This document shows, one piece after another, positions 50,687-62,364 of a stretch of 64,000 nucleotides of DNA (positions within the stretch are counted from its first letter, which is position 1; the number at the start of each line of letters is the position of its first letter). The translations under genes and the position numbers were made by a program. The notes under the pieces are model-generated. The model ran no database searches, had not been told where the DNA came from, and was given only the letters and a program-made list of their open reading frames with translations. Where the stretch lies: assembly GCF_030144855.1 (NCBI RefSeq), contig NW_026780455.1:372001-436000 (forward strand). The letters are read 5' to 3'. Origin of the DNA: Hypanus sabinus. Taxonomy: Eukaryota.

Positions 50687-51323
50687 ATGCTTTTATTTCA
50701 GCGATTTCTCCTCGCCTTCCACTGTGAGTGATGTTGACAAAAAATATTATTTTTACTTCATTGCTTCTCTTCCCCTTTCAAATTCCCTTCACTGACTTTA
50801 CCATCCAGTTGTCTCGGAATCTTTCTAAATCTATTTACGCACCCTTGCGTCCGCACACTCTCATCCCTCTCCCGCCGCCTCCAGGTTCTGTCCTCCTCCC
50901 CAGCTGCCCCAGCTTCAGTTCTCCTCTTTCCTTCCCTCAGTACAATTTCTCACTCGACTTCCCTAATGATCAGGATCCCTGTCTTCATTCAACGCCTTCT
51001 GCCACGCCCGTCTCTTTCCAGGCGGGACCTCGGTGACGATCCACCTGACCCCGGCTTTCTCTGGACCTCTCGGCCGGAGTGTGACCCTGCGTTGTTCAGT
51101 AGAGGGTATTACTAGTGCTACTAGCAAATGGTTGTACTGGTACTGGCAGAACACGGGAACCAGTCCGGAGTACATTTTTCACTCGATCGCAGCAAATTCC
51201 GTGCAGCCGAAGAAATTGGTTGGCGGTTTTCCGGCGGAGAGACCGCAGATCAACAAGTTCTCCCTGAAATCCGACAAACTGGAGGCGAATTCGTCGGCTG
51301 TGTAATCCTGCGCCTGGAGTGAT
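50687..51323 (+). pseudogene. TRBV: TCR V gene segment V2 (TRBV30-like) pseudogene: leader 50687-50723, V exon 51022-51323
   Basis: Leader MLLFQRFLLAFH with t|gtgagt splices in frame to CGTSVTIHLTP...LRCSVEG...LYWYWQ...FPAERPQ...KSDKLE...AV*SCAWSD. TAA at 51303-51305 replaces the Tyr two codons before the second conserved Cys. Confidence 0.9.
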
Positions 51324-51361
51324 CACGGTGTCTTAGAATAACGGGCAGCTGATCAAAAACT
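51324..51361 (+). other. Degenerate RSS of V2 (22-bp spacer)
   Basis: Heptamer CACGGTG, spacer 1 nt shorter than V1's on alignment, nonamer TCAAAAACT. Confidence 0.8.
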
Positions 51362-51724
51362 TTTCATCGTCAGAGCGGTCACTGACGTCAGCAAAACATG
51401 AAACACTCCCGTCATCATCGGGTAGGAGGAGAGTCTACCAGTCAGTCGTGCTCGCCGCAGCATCAAATCAGTGAAGTAAGGGGCGATGCCATTGTACCAT
51501 AGCTTTCAATTTCCTCCTCTTCTTGAAGCATTCAGTCGATTGAAGACAATACGCACTCTCACATTTCCACTCCAGTCTTCCTTGTTACGTGCGGTCTTAC
51601 AACGCATCATCGGCCTGGTAGGACCGGAAACACTCAGTGGGCCAATATTGTTCAGTCCCCAAGATCTATTTCAAGCTCCTAATTCTCTTTGTCCATTAGT
51701 GGAAAAACAAGTAATACCAGACGG

Positions 51725-52125
51725 ATTAGAAACAAAGGGACCTCGGTGCAGAAAAATTCGAGAAACAGTCTGTAAATGGTAGGAAGTGTTGAGGAAAAGA
51801 GGAGGCTCGGTGTACAGGGAGGTACACAAAATTGTGATTGATGCGGAGTGTCGAGCGACAGAGGGACCTCATTGTACAAGGATAGGAAACACAGTGCGGA
51901 AGTTGGGGGATAAGTTGCGGCAGCGGGACCTCAACGTACAAGGGTAGGACACGCATTCTGAAGGGTGCGCAGTGTCAGGGGACAGAGGGACCTCGCAGAA
52001 ATTGTAGCATGCATATCGTGAATGATGGGGAGTGTCGAGGGACGGAGGGACCTCGATGTACATGGTAAGACACACGGCATGAATGGTGGGAGTTTTGAGG
52101 GACAGAGGGTTGTCCGTTTACGAAG
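51725..52125. repeat. Degenerate ~63-bp minisatellite (copy 2)
   Basis: Same unit as 47405-47665 (gacagagggacctc...gtacaagggtaggacac). Confidence 0.8.
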
Positions 52126-52239
52126 ATATGACAGCGCATAATCCCATTTATTATAGGTCAGTTACTCTGACCTCAGCGGTTGAAAAGATATTAGAGTCAA
52201 TGGTTAAGGATGTGGTTTGAGGGGGAATTGAAGAGGAGA

Positions 52240-52740
52240 AGATGGCGGCGCGGCCTCTCTGGAGAATGGATATCTGTTACGTGTTAAGTAGAGATCCGAT
52301 CACAATCCTGATTTGATGGAGACAGACGTGAGAGCGTGGAGGAACATCTGGAGAAACTTCTGAAATGGCCCCTTCGCTGCCGCTGTTACTGTGCGGTCCG
52401 GAGTCACCGGAGGAGAAGGCCTCCGAGACCTCGGCTTTGCTTGTTTCGGCAGACGGGACACGATCGAAGGCGGCCGGCAGAGGATGGCGCTCGGGGGACT
52501 GAATCGGAGGGGCTGGTCGGAGGCTCGAAGTTTTCGGACGGACTCAGAGTCTGATGTCGTCGGGTGCTTCCGAGGCATTAATTGTCAGTGCCTGGAAGTT
52601 TATGGCAGGGAGAGATACTCCAGTTTGCTGCCTGATATCGGGGCGATTGGAGTCGATCGGGACTTGAGACGTTTTAACCACCTCCATGGTCTATGTTTAT
52701 CGAATTACGGTATTGTTTTGCACTGCTGAAACTGATTGGC
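52240..52740 (+). repeat. Unclassified GC-rich interspersed repeat
   Basis: Begins gaagaggagaagatggcggcgcg and ends in an ...ggtattgttttgcactg tail; resembles retroposon-derived repeats, class not determined. Confidence 0.35.
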
Positions 52741-52914
52741 TGAAAATGACTGCCGGTGACAGTCTTGGGAACGCTTCTTTATACGTTGCGCGTCACTGAT
52801 TCGGATGACGGAATTGACGGCTTTGTGTCCCGGGTCGCCGACCGTATGAACACAAGTGGATGGACAAGTGATCTTACAGCTCTTACATCCCAACTCCCAT
52901 ACTCAATGCTCAAA

Positions 52915-54690
52915 AAAAAAAGGATGTAATGCTAAAATTGTACAAGGCATTGGTAAGGCCAAATTTGGAATATTGTGTGCAGTTCTGGTCACGGAATTAT
53001 AGGAAAGATATCAATAAATTAGAGAGAGTGCAGAGACGATTTACTAGAATGTTACCAGTGTTTCAGCAATTAAGTTACAGAGAAAGGTTGAACAAGTTAG
53101 GTCTCTATTCATTGGAGCGTAGAAGGTTGAGGGGGGATTTGATCGAGGTATTTAAAATGTTGTGAGGGATAGATAGAGTTGACGTGAACAGGCTGTTTCC
53201 ATTGATAGTAGGGGAGATTCAAACTAGAGGACATGATTTGAGAGTTAGGGGGCAGAAGTTTAAGGGAAACACGAGGGGGTATTTCTTTACTCAAAGAGTG
53301 ATAGCTGTGTGGAATGAGCTTCCTGTAGAAGTACCTTCGATTAGGTGCCACATAGGAGATTGGTGAGTAAAATCAGAGCTCATGGCATTGGGGGCAGGGT
53401 TTCAACATGGATAGAAAACTGGGTGGCAGATAGAAAACAAAGGGTAGCAGTGAATGGGCGTTTCTCAGACTGGCTGGAGGTGACTAGTGGGGTACCACAG
53501 GGCTCTGCATTGGGACCACAGCTCTTTACGATTTATGTCAACGATTTAGATGAGGGTATTGAAAACTATATCAGCAAGTTTGCTGACGATACTAAACTGG
53601 GTGGCAGTGTGACATGCGAAGAGGACGTTAGGAGAATACAGGGAGACTTGGTTAGGCTGGGCGAGTGGGCAGATGTCATTCAATGTGAATAAATGTGAAG
53701 TTATCCAGTTTGGAAGCTGGAACATGAGGGCAGAGTATTGTCTGAACGGTGTCGACTTAGGTAAGGGAGAAATGCAAAGAGACCTAGGAGTCCTTGTTCA
53801 CCAGTCAATGAAGGTGAATGAGCAAGTGCAACAGGCAGTGAAGAGGGCAAATGGAATGTTGGCCATTGTTACAAGGGGAATTGAATACAAGAGCAAGGAT
53901 GTTCTTTTGCATTTGTACAGGGCCCTGGTGAGACCACACCTGGAATATTGGGTACAGTTTTGGTCTCCAGGTTTAAGGAAGGACATTCTGGCAATTGAGG
54001 AAGTGCAGCGTAGATTCACTAGGTTGATTCCTGGGATGGCAGGGCTGTCTTACGCAGAGAGATTGGAGAGATTGGGCTTGTACACGCTGGAATTGAGGAG
54101 ATTGAGAGGGGATCTGATTGAAACGTTTAAGATAATTAAAGGATTTGATAGGATTGAGGCAGGTAATATGTTCCAGATGTTGGGAAAGTCAAGTACCAGA
54201 GGGCATGGATTGAGAATAAGAGGTCAGTTATTTAAAACAGAGTTGAGGAAGAGCTTCTTCTCCCAGAGAGTTGTGCAGATGTGGAATGCACTGCCTCGGA
54301 AGACGGTGGAGGCCAATTCTCTGGATGCTTTCAAGAAGGAGCTAGATAGATATCTGATGGATAGGGGAATCAAGGGATATGGGGACAAGGCAGGGACGGG
54401 GTATTGATAGTGAATGATCAGCCATGATCTCAGAATGGCGGTGCAGATTCGAGGGGCCGAATGGTCTACTTCTGCACCTATTGTCTATTGTCTATAAGTA
54501 GTAGAGGCCATTTCAGTTGTGTCATTTAAGGTAAAATTGGATAGGTATATGGACAGGAAAGGAGTGGAGGGTTATGGGCTGATTGCGGGTAGGTGGGACT
54601 AGGTGAGATTAAGGATTCGGCACGGACTAGCAGGGCCAAGATGGGCTGTTTCCGTGCTGTGATTGTTATATGGTTATGTGGTTAAGGAAG
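52915..54690 (+). mobile_element. CR1 fragments, including a young HER1-like 3' half (53340-54495)
   Basis: ORFs 53345-53692 (GVPQGSALGPQLF, FADDTK) and 53673-54407; tail gatcagccatgatctcagaatggcgg...ctattgtctat. Confidence 0.9.
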
Positions 54691-54989
54691 CACAAAGGCC
54701 GCAGACCGACTCAGAGAGATCGGTAGAAAAGGCAAATAGATGCCGGTCTCCGAGAGTCTATTGCTATGCCTTCGGTAGAAGCAATAAAAGCCTTCACCAT
54801 CCTCAAAATAGAGAGCGATTCGAAAATCTGAGGTCCAAAGGGAATTAGGAGTCCACGTGAAGGATTCCTTAAAGGTGAATTTGCCGGTTAAGCCGGTGAT
54901 GAGGGTGGCAAATGCGATGGTGGTATTAATTTCGATGCTAGAAGAATGCAAAAGCAACGTTGTAATGTTGTGAACTTGTGCAGCACCGG

Positions 54990-56540
54990 TGAGGCGACGC
55001 TTGGATTGTATTGTTCCATATCTAAGAATGGGTGAGCTGACATTGGAGAGGGTACAAAACAGGTGAACACGGATGATGCCGACTTTTGAGGCAGGAAATG
55101 TCGGCTGTCAATCAGCGACTGGATGACGTAGAGACGGCGTCACAGATCAGATGAAGTAGGGAGATGCCGTCACACTTCATGCCTTTGCTCGCTGTGTGAT
55201 TCAAGTCGCTGATCCTACCCTGCGCCCAAAACCTTCACTTTCCACCCTATAAGGAAATACTTAAATTTGATTCACGTTCAGAATATCTGTAAAATAGAGT
55301 AATAGAGAAAATAAGGGAGTAAGAAAAATGATTTATGCCTGGAGACTACTGTAACAATCAGCTCGATCAAACCACGTTCGTCTCGGGGAAACCGCCGTCT
55401 GCCCGTCGAACAGTATATCACGTTTGTTTCGATGTTGTGTATGTCCCCGGTACAAAGCCACAACGTAAAATATCAGGCAGCAGACGATGTACGATTTACA
55501 GATCGTACACTTTATAAATCTTACTGTAACGTTGCAATTCATAGAGATACAATACAAGTGGAAAGAGAAAAAGCGCCAAATTGACGAAGAGTTCAACCAA
55601 TTCGTGCACATCCGTTGGAGCTCGATTTACTGAGTCTTCTTTCCAGCATTCGATCTCCTCCGACCACTTCGACCCGCCGCTTGGGAGCAACTACAGGGGT
55701 CGAGCAGAGGGCGCCCAGCACGTCCGTCCTCTTCGGTTCTCCTGCCGAAAAGCCCCCCTCACTCAGTCAGGTTCCCAGACATACATTTGGAATACCATAG
55801 GTTCCATATAACCATATAACAATCACAGCACGTAAACAGGCCATCTCGGCCCTCCTAGTCCGTGCCGAACCCTTAATCTCACCTAGCCCCACCTACGCAA
55901 TCAGCCCATAACACTCCACTCCTTTCCTGTCCATATAACTATCCAATTTTAACTTAAATGACACAACTGAACTGGCCTCTACTGCTTCTACAGGAAGCTC
56001 ATTCCACACAGCTATCACTCTCTGATTAAAGTAATTGGTTAGTTCCATTGGTTCCAACTTCCATTGGTTAGTTCGTCCGTTATCTATAATTATAACCCAA
56101 ACCTTTCAGCTTAGTGCATTATCACATCAGTTTACATTCAGAGTAGTCATTTCATTTTCCCACTTCAGAGAAGCCATTTTATATATGCAGTTAACATTTA
56201 ACATCACAGTTATTAAACCGAGAAGCCTTCAGTAAAGGAATGAAGATGTGCATGGACACACATCCCTGAGGTTAGATACTGGAGAAGAATATAGTCTTCC
56301 TTATAGATCGGCTCTGTCTGCCTCCATGCAACAGAGTGAGGTGTGAAGGCACAGGCTGTAACCACTAGAGGGCGGACAAGCTCTGTTGTGAAATTCATGC
56401 TAGGTATTTCGAAGTGTATGAAAAGGGATAAATTATTTGTTTAGAGGTAATTTTTTTTCTTCAACAAATTTGATATTAGTGCTAAGAGCTAGAGGTAGAG
56501 GCTCAGGCAGGGTGAGAAAGAAAGAGATTTCATGCCGAAT
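54990..56540 (+). repeat. Paralog of the V1 upstream flank (47720-~48340), interrupted by insertions at ~55345-56215; no leader or V exon follows
   Basis: Shared words ttaaatttgattca, gaagatgt.catggacacacat, tcttccttatagatc, ggcacaggctg, gaaaggg.t.aaatta. Confidence 0.75.
55345..55790 (-). mobile_element. Degenerate Rex1/Babar- or L2-like LINE 3' end
   Basis: LLPSGG... translation resembles the LLPSGRRYRS...NSFFP C-terminal motif. Confidence 0.45.
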
Positions 56541-56639
56541 TCTGCTCAATACAGGTCACAGGGCATTTAGTAAGCTTAATCGAGCAGCCCTCATCGCCAG
56601 AGAATCTTGGTTTCAGCGAAAGTAAGGTCTTCTTGCATC

Positions 56640-57070
56640 TCCGGATCTCCGGAATTGCAATGACTTGGAAGCCTAAATAAATGAATGGGATGGAGCAAAT
56701 GAAGCTATCTGGAAGGCGATAGGTGAAGCCAGGTGGCAAGGAAAGGTGAAGGGCTGGAGAAGGCGGAAACTGGAGGCATCTGTATCCACGTTGACTGGTG
56801 CTTCGAGAAATAAATCCCACTTTGAACATTCTCTAACCTTCAACCAAACAGTAAGCAAAAAATCTTTCTTTATTCCCCACTGACCTTTTACCTCTTCTCA
56901 GCTACCTGTTACTTCCTCGGGTTCCCACCTCCCTCACTTTGTCGTATAGTCAGCTCTCCTGTCCTACCAGATTCTTTTCTCTCCAGACCTTCTCCCTTCC
57001 GACCCACCTGACTTCACTTATCACGATCCAGCTCGCCTTTTTCTCCTCTCCCTAACTTTTTAACTCTCCT
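56640..57070. mobile_element. Penelope-like terminal-repeat relics in inverted arrangement
   Basis: 56703-56762 (gataggtgaagccaggtgg...gggctggagaag) is the approximate reverse complement of 56985-57045; resembles chondrichthyan Penelope-type ends. Confidence 0.5.
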
Positions 57071-57077
57071 GCCTGAT

Positions 57078-57974
57078 AACCATTGCTGCGTCGTGTTGGC
57101 TTTATGACTGTGGCAATCGTCTTGCTGGAAAACAAATCTTCTCCGAAACCGTAGTTCTCTTGCAAACTACTTCCGGCGTTGCACCAGAATTCCCCTGTGT
57201 TTTGCTGCATTAATTTTGCCCTCTACCTTCACAAGCCGCACAGCCAGATGCCGCCATCACCATGCTTCACAGTAGGGATGGGGTGTTTTTAATGCTAAGC
57301 GGTGTTTGGCTTACGTGAAACATAGCAGTCAGCTGAGTTTCCCAGAAGCCAAAATGCTCAATTCTGGTTTCAACAGACCGCAAAACCTTCTTCCAGCTGA
57401 CTTCAGAGTTTGCCACATACCTTCTGGCCAACTCTGGCCGAGGTTTCATGGAGGTGTTTCTTTCAACACTGACTTTCTCTTTGCCGTCCCCCATAACACT
57501 GCGGGTGCTGAAGCACCGGGACAACAGCTGCTCCATGCTCAGTCTCTGCCATCTCAATCACTGACACTTGTAACTCCTCCAGAGTTGTAGATCTCAGTCG
57601 TCCCTTCCTTGCCAATGGAAATTTCGCAGAACTGTTTGGCGTGTACTTTTGTCTCAGTGGTGTAGTTCTGGCAAGGAAACTGACTCACTCAGTGTGATCA
57701 GCTTGATTGGATTATGTGACTTCTAAAACAATTAGCTGTCTCAGTGATGATTTGGGGTGTTATACCTCAGGGGGCGAATACCGATGCAATCAATGATTTT
57801 GTGTTTTCATTTGTAATTAATTTCGTTCACTTTGTTCAGATCTGTTTTCACTTTGACACGACGTGTCTTTATTCTGTTGATCAGTGTCATAAAAAGGCAT
57901 ATTATATTCACTGTGATTCAATGTTGAGAAACTGTACAACTTCCAAGGAGGTTGAGCACTTTCTACAGGCACCG
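57078..57974 (-). mobile_element. Tc1-like DNA transposon relic, internally deleted, with one ~200-bp IR/DR terminal repeat
   Basis: Typical Tc1 sequence ccatcaccatgcttcacagtagggatg; translation ...VLRSVETRIEHFG (WSDETKIELFG-like); terminus ...aggcaccg|TA at 57974-57976. Confidence 0.8.
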
Positions 57975-60789
57975 TATAGTCAGACCTCTGCGAATATGTC
58001 AAATACCAGAACGCAGATGCATAAAGTGAGAAACGGACACATTCAGAGAAGGACATTTTCCACCGGCTGCAGCCAGACATAGGAATGGGCAGAAGATTGG
58101 AGGTGGTGGAACATCAACTTTGTTAATGTAGATAGGATGATCTTGTGATGTCATTTCCTGAGCTTTGGTAATATTTTTCAGCAATTCCATTCCTATACAC
58201 TTGTTGTGCATGTCCTAGCCGTAGAAGCCAATGTTTGGTTCTTTTCAAACACCCCCGCCCCCCCCCCTCAACTCCGCAGCCAGCACCTGTTTGCCGTAAC
58301 CATTAGTATCTCTGATGGGAAAGCAGAGCACTGGAGGAGACCCGAGGAGAATGTCCGCACATGCACCGGCGTGAAACGAACGCTGCAGTGGAACAAAATT
58401 ACGCTCATCGTTATGGGACAGCGGACAGACAATTGAAAACAAGAGCAGTTTCTTCGAAGGTGGAAAGGGAGTATGAAATGGCAGGCAGCACGGACGCCGG
58501 AAATAAATACACGGAAAACATTATCTGTGGAAGAAGATAGAGGAAAGGAGAGAAAATAAACTAAAAACGAGAAAGAATTAAAGAAAAAAGATAATTGAAA
58601 TTATTTGAGGACAGATTGCTATGATGCATGAGAATGATTAACAGGAAAAAATCCTCAGCCGGATCCTTTCTAAACAGGCAGCAGAGAGTCGGTGGGATTG
58701 CGATATCCTCGCCTTCTGATGAGCAGGCATTCCCCGTCCTCACGTTGGCTGTTCCCTAACCACTGTTTGCGATTGGTAGTCACGCAGCAAGGAGCAGCTT
58801 GAGATTGCCGACACACTACAGTTACAGTTTAGTGTGTTGTCAAAGCCGGACGTCAATGACATATCTACTTGGAAAGATCTGCCAGAGGAGGATCACACGA
58901 TCATGGACACAGAAAGGGGAGGTTTACAGCAGCGTTTTCCATTCTATTTTTGCCATGGACCTTCGCCACTCACCTAGTGGACGGTGGAACCCAGTGGGAG
59001 AATCAACATTTATTTTTTCTCAACCACACCTACCCCATAACCTCCCAGCCAGCACCTATTTGCCGTAGTCTTTATTACCTCTGTTGGGACACTTCCAACT
59101 TACTTCCCCCGTAACTTTCGACGGCCTAAAATCATCGAAAACCTTGCCATTTCCAATGCCGATGAAGGATATCTCTCAGAACTGTCAATTGTTTATTCCC
59201 GGATTCAGAATCCAGAACATGGAACAGTACAGACACAGGAACAAACCCTTCACCCCACAGTGTCGTTTTGAACCAGCCAAAATAGTATCCAAGTGGCTAA
59301 CTGATATTGTCAGCTGACATAATGAGCATAAATTTACATAAATTTTCCTCGTGTTCACATGCCCATCAGAGCTTCTCTTAAAGTCACTGATCATTGCGTA
59401 TCTACCACCACACCAGGAAGAACATCCCATGCACACACTACTCTCTGTGTGAAGGTCTTGCTCTTTACGGGTCATTTGAAATTACCACTCTCTTAACTTG
59501 AATTTTTCCGGCACTTGGTGCATGTCTCCAAATACATATATATATATTATTTTATTAATTTGTCTGCAAGATCATTAATCAGCCCATTTGCATTCATTCG
59601 ATACAGTTAGTATGTACACAAGCATCAGAACAACCCCTGTTAATCACCGCCTATTGCCTGTTCTTTGTGCGATGTGTTTAATGCGATCCCTGGGTTCCCG
59701 CAGTGAAATGTCTGCATTGCTGTCTGTCGACCTCTAGCGGCAAACGAATTTCCGTTCTGTTTTTTTTTACATTTTTGCATGTGAGTGTATCAAACAATAG
59801 AGTTACTGAATTACCTGTCCAGGAATGGGAGCTTCGGTCCAAGTTGTCCAAGCTGTACATTTTTCTTATACCTCAACATGACCAACCTTGCTGTTCTCTC
59901 CCTTTTCTCTAGATTCCAATTAAGATATTCATTTCCCGAATTGCCTATCGTTCGGAAGCAACGCAGAGACCGAACTGTCATATTAGTTTGATAAAGTTGT
60001 CATTTCTCAGGCTACATCTCCAACCCATCCGCACTTTACCCTGCTTCCTCAACATCCACCACTCCATCACGGTTTGTTTCCTCCACAAGCGTACTTATGT
60101 GTCATCTGTTGTCGGAACAACATTGTGGGCCGTTTGGCCTGTACAGTGCTGTATTGTTCTTTGTTCTCTTTGTTCTACATTTTCAGCCAAGTCAAACGCC
60201 AGAGCATCCCCAACGCATGTCAAATTCAGAAATGTGGCCCTCTACTACGACCCTCTGTCCACCATCTCTGGACCAAATTTTAATGGCTGCTGTGCCCTGA
60301 AGCTTACTGTTCTGGATCAGCCTAAACAGCTAGGGTCCTTTTCAAAAGTCTGACTTACAGTCCATTCCCAAAGCTCGGGCCTCAGATGGCGTTATGCTTC
60401 ACGGTACCAGGGTTACTTCCAATGGGTCAATTTACAATGACCAATTAACTTAACACAGGAGATTAGCACAGTTTGGACTGTGGGAGGAAACACGAACATC
60501 CAGAGGAAACCCACGCTGTCACGTTTCGCAAGCAGCGACGGGAACTGAGCGCAACGGTGAATAATCAAACGGAGAAGGAAAAGGGCCAAATTACGAGGGA
60601 CCTTGTACAGATGCGCATCGGCGTTTCTGAGGGCTCCAATCAGCATCTCAGGTGGAATACTTCAGTGAGAGATGCTATTCCTGAATAGTCAGCGGGAAAA
60701 AGCTCAGGTGTATCCATACCAATTGGAAGTGTTTCTGCTGAACCATACTTCTGACAGCATCTCACATCTTGTGCCAAACCTCAGTTAAC

Positions 60790-61156
60790 GTCAAATCAAG
60801 TCGCTTTTATTGTCATTTTAACCACAAATGCTGGGACAGTACACAGTAAAAACGAAGCAAAAATCCTTCAGGACCATGGTGCGACATGAAACAACACAAA
60901 ACCACACTAGAATACGTGAATCAACACAAAACTACATTAGACTTCAGGCCTACACGGGGCTACATAAAGTGCACCAAACAGTGCAAGGCAGTACAATAAT
61001 TAATAAGCAAGACAATGGGCAGCGTAAAGGACAAACTACATAATAATAATAATAATAATAATAATATATTATGTAAATGCAAAGGTAAACAATGTTTCAG
61101 AAAGAATGGAGAAAAAATGACCAAAAATTGCAAAGGGAGTGGAGTGGTGTTCAGTT

Positions 61157-61200
<44 letters not shown>
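60790..61200 (-). repeat. LINE-type 3' tail with (AAT)n (~61039-61066) and (TG)n (~61161-61200) microsatellites
   Basis: tcaaatcaagtcgcttttattgtcattt start and direct microsatellite reading; present only in unit 3. Confidence 0.6.
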
Positions 61201-61203
<3 letters not shown>

Positions 61204-61659
61204 CTCAATAAAACATGGACATCCGCCGCCCTTTCCTCAACAGCCACATTCCTCACATACTCAATATATTTAATCTGATTGGACAAGTTGGACCTCCGCT
61301 GCTCAAAGTGAGCAAAATTTATTCTCTTTCCCAGAAGACATCTCGATGGCAATTGGTGCTCCAGACGGAGGAAAGACGATTTGACGAGTGGTTTTACGAG
61401 TCCGAGTTACTGAATTATTCTCGAGGTGACAGAGAGATTCCAAAGAACTCCCGACCAAGTGGAGATTTGCAGTCCGTCCACGGTAAGCTTCTTCCCGAAA
61501 CATTCAATGGCTGCTGCTGCTGGAACTAAAAGTTCTCGCCGAAGGAAAGAGACCGAGTACATCGGGCGTTACGGAGGAGAATTTCCAGCCGCACAGAATA
61601 CCGGCAGGTCACAACGGTCGGAGTGCGATGGTGATGTCACAGATAGGCATGCATACAGA

Positions 61660-62150
61660 GAGAATACAAAGAAGATTTACCAGAATGTTAACTGGGTTTC
61701 AGCACCTAAGTTACAGCGAAATGTTGAAAAAGTTAGGTCTTTATTCTTTGTAGCGCAGAAGGTTGAATGGGGGCGATAGAAGTATTTACAGTTATGAGGG
61801 GGATAGACAGAGTGACGTGGATAGGCTTTTTTTCCAGTGAGAGTAGGGGAGATTCAAAGAAGACGACATGATTTGAGTTAGGGGGCAAAAGTTTAGGGGT
61901 AACACGAGGGGGAATTTCTTTACTCAGAGAGTGGTAGCTGTGTGGAACGAGCTTCCAGTAGAAGGGGTTGAGGCAGTTTCGGTATTGTCATTTAAAGTAA
62001 AATTGGATAGGTATATGGTCAGGAAAGGAACGGAGGGTTATGGGCTGAGTGCGGGTCGATGGGACGAGGTGAGATTAGGCGTTCGACACGGACTAGAAAG
62101 GCCGAGATAGCCTGTTTCCGTGCTGTATTTTTTATATGGTTATATGCTTT
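61660..62150 (+). mobile_element. CR1 LINE 3' fragment in the 3' flank of GPCR copy 3
   Basis: RFTRMLTG..HLSYSEML..LGLYSL-type relic and tail ...gtatttttttatatggttatatg. Confidence 0.8.
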
Positions 62151-62364
62151 ATAATAGTAGAAGCACGGACTTGGTGGAAATGAAGAAGGCGTTAGACGGA
62201 ACTCATGAATAACGTGAACTGGAAGGAGGGCAGTGGAGGCAGATTGGGAAGACGTCCCCGATGGTGGTACTGCATGGAGTGGGGGAGGGCGGGAGCTAAT
62301 CGGGACTGTCCACAACAGTAATGGAAACGCACATGCCAGTGAGGAATTGGGATAGATCGTGGCG

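Noticed and set aside
47405-52125. Tandem repeats (42-bp and ~63-bp units) as CRISPR-like arrays
   Set aside because: Eukaryotic context, no unique spacers and no cas genes; ordinary minisatellites.
54900-55800. Impression of unusually CpG-rich decayed repeats (possible GC-biased gene conversion)
   Set aside because: Cannot be quantified by eye; would need CpG observed/expected and substitution spectra against consensus.
58144-58153. TGTGATGTCA, 9/10 match to the V-beta decamer
   Set aside because: No credible leader or V exon on either side; expected by chance.
58260-58680. Minus-strand leader-like stretch (IFFLLIILMHH) and DILLGSPPVL, reminiscent of an Ig light-chain V start; ~55-bp similarity to 59041-59095
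   Set aside because: No ATG, no good donor, no Cys/Trp framework and no RSS; too degenerate to call.
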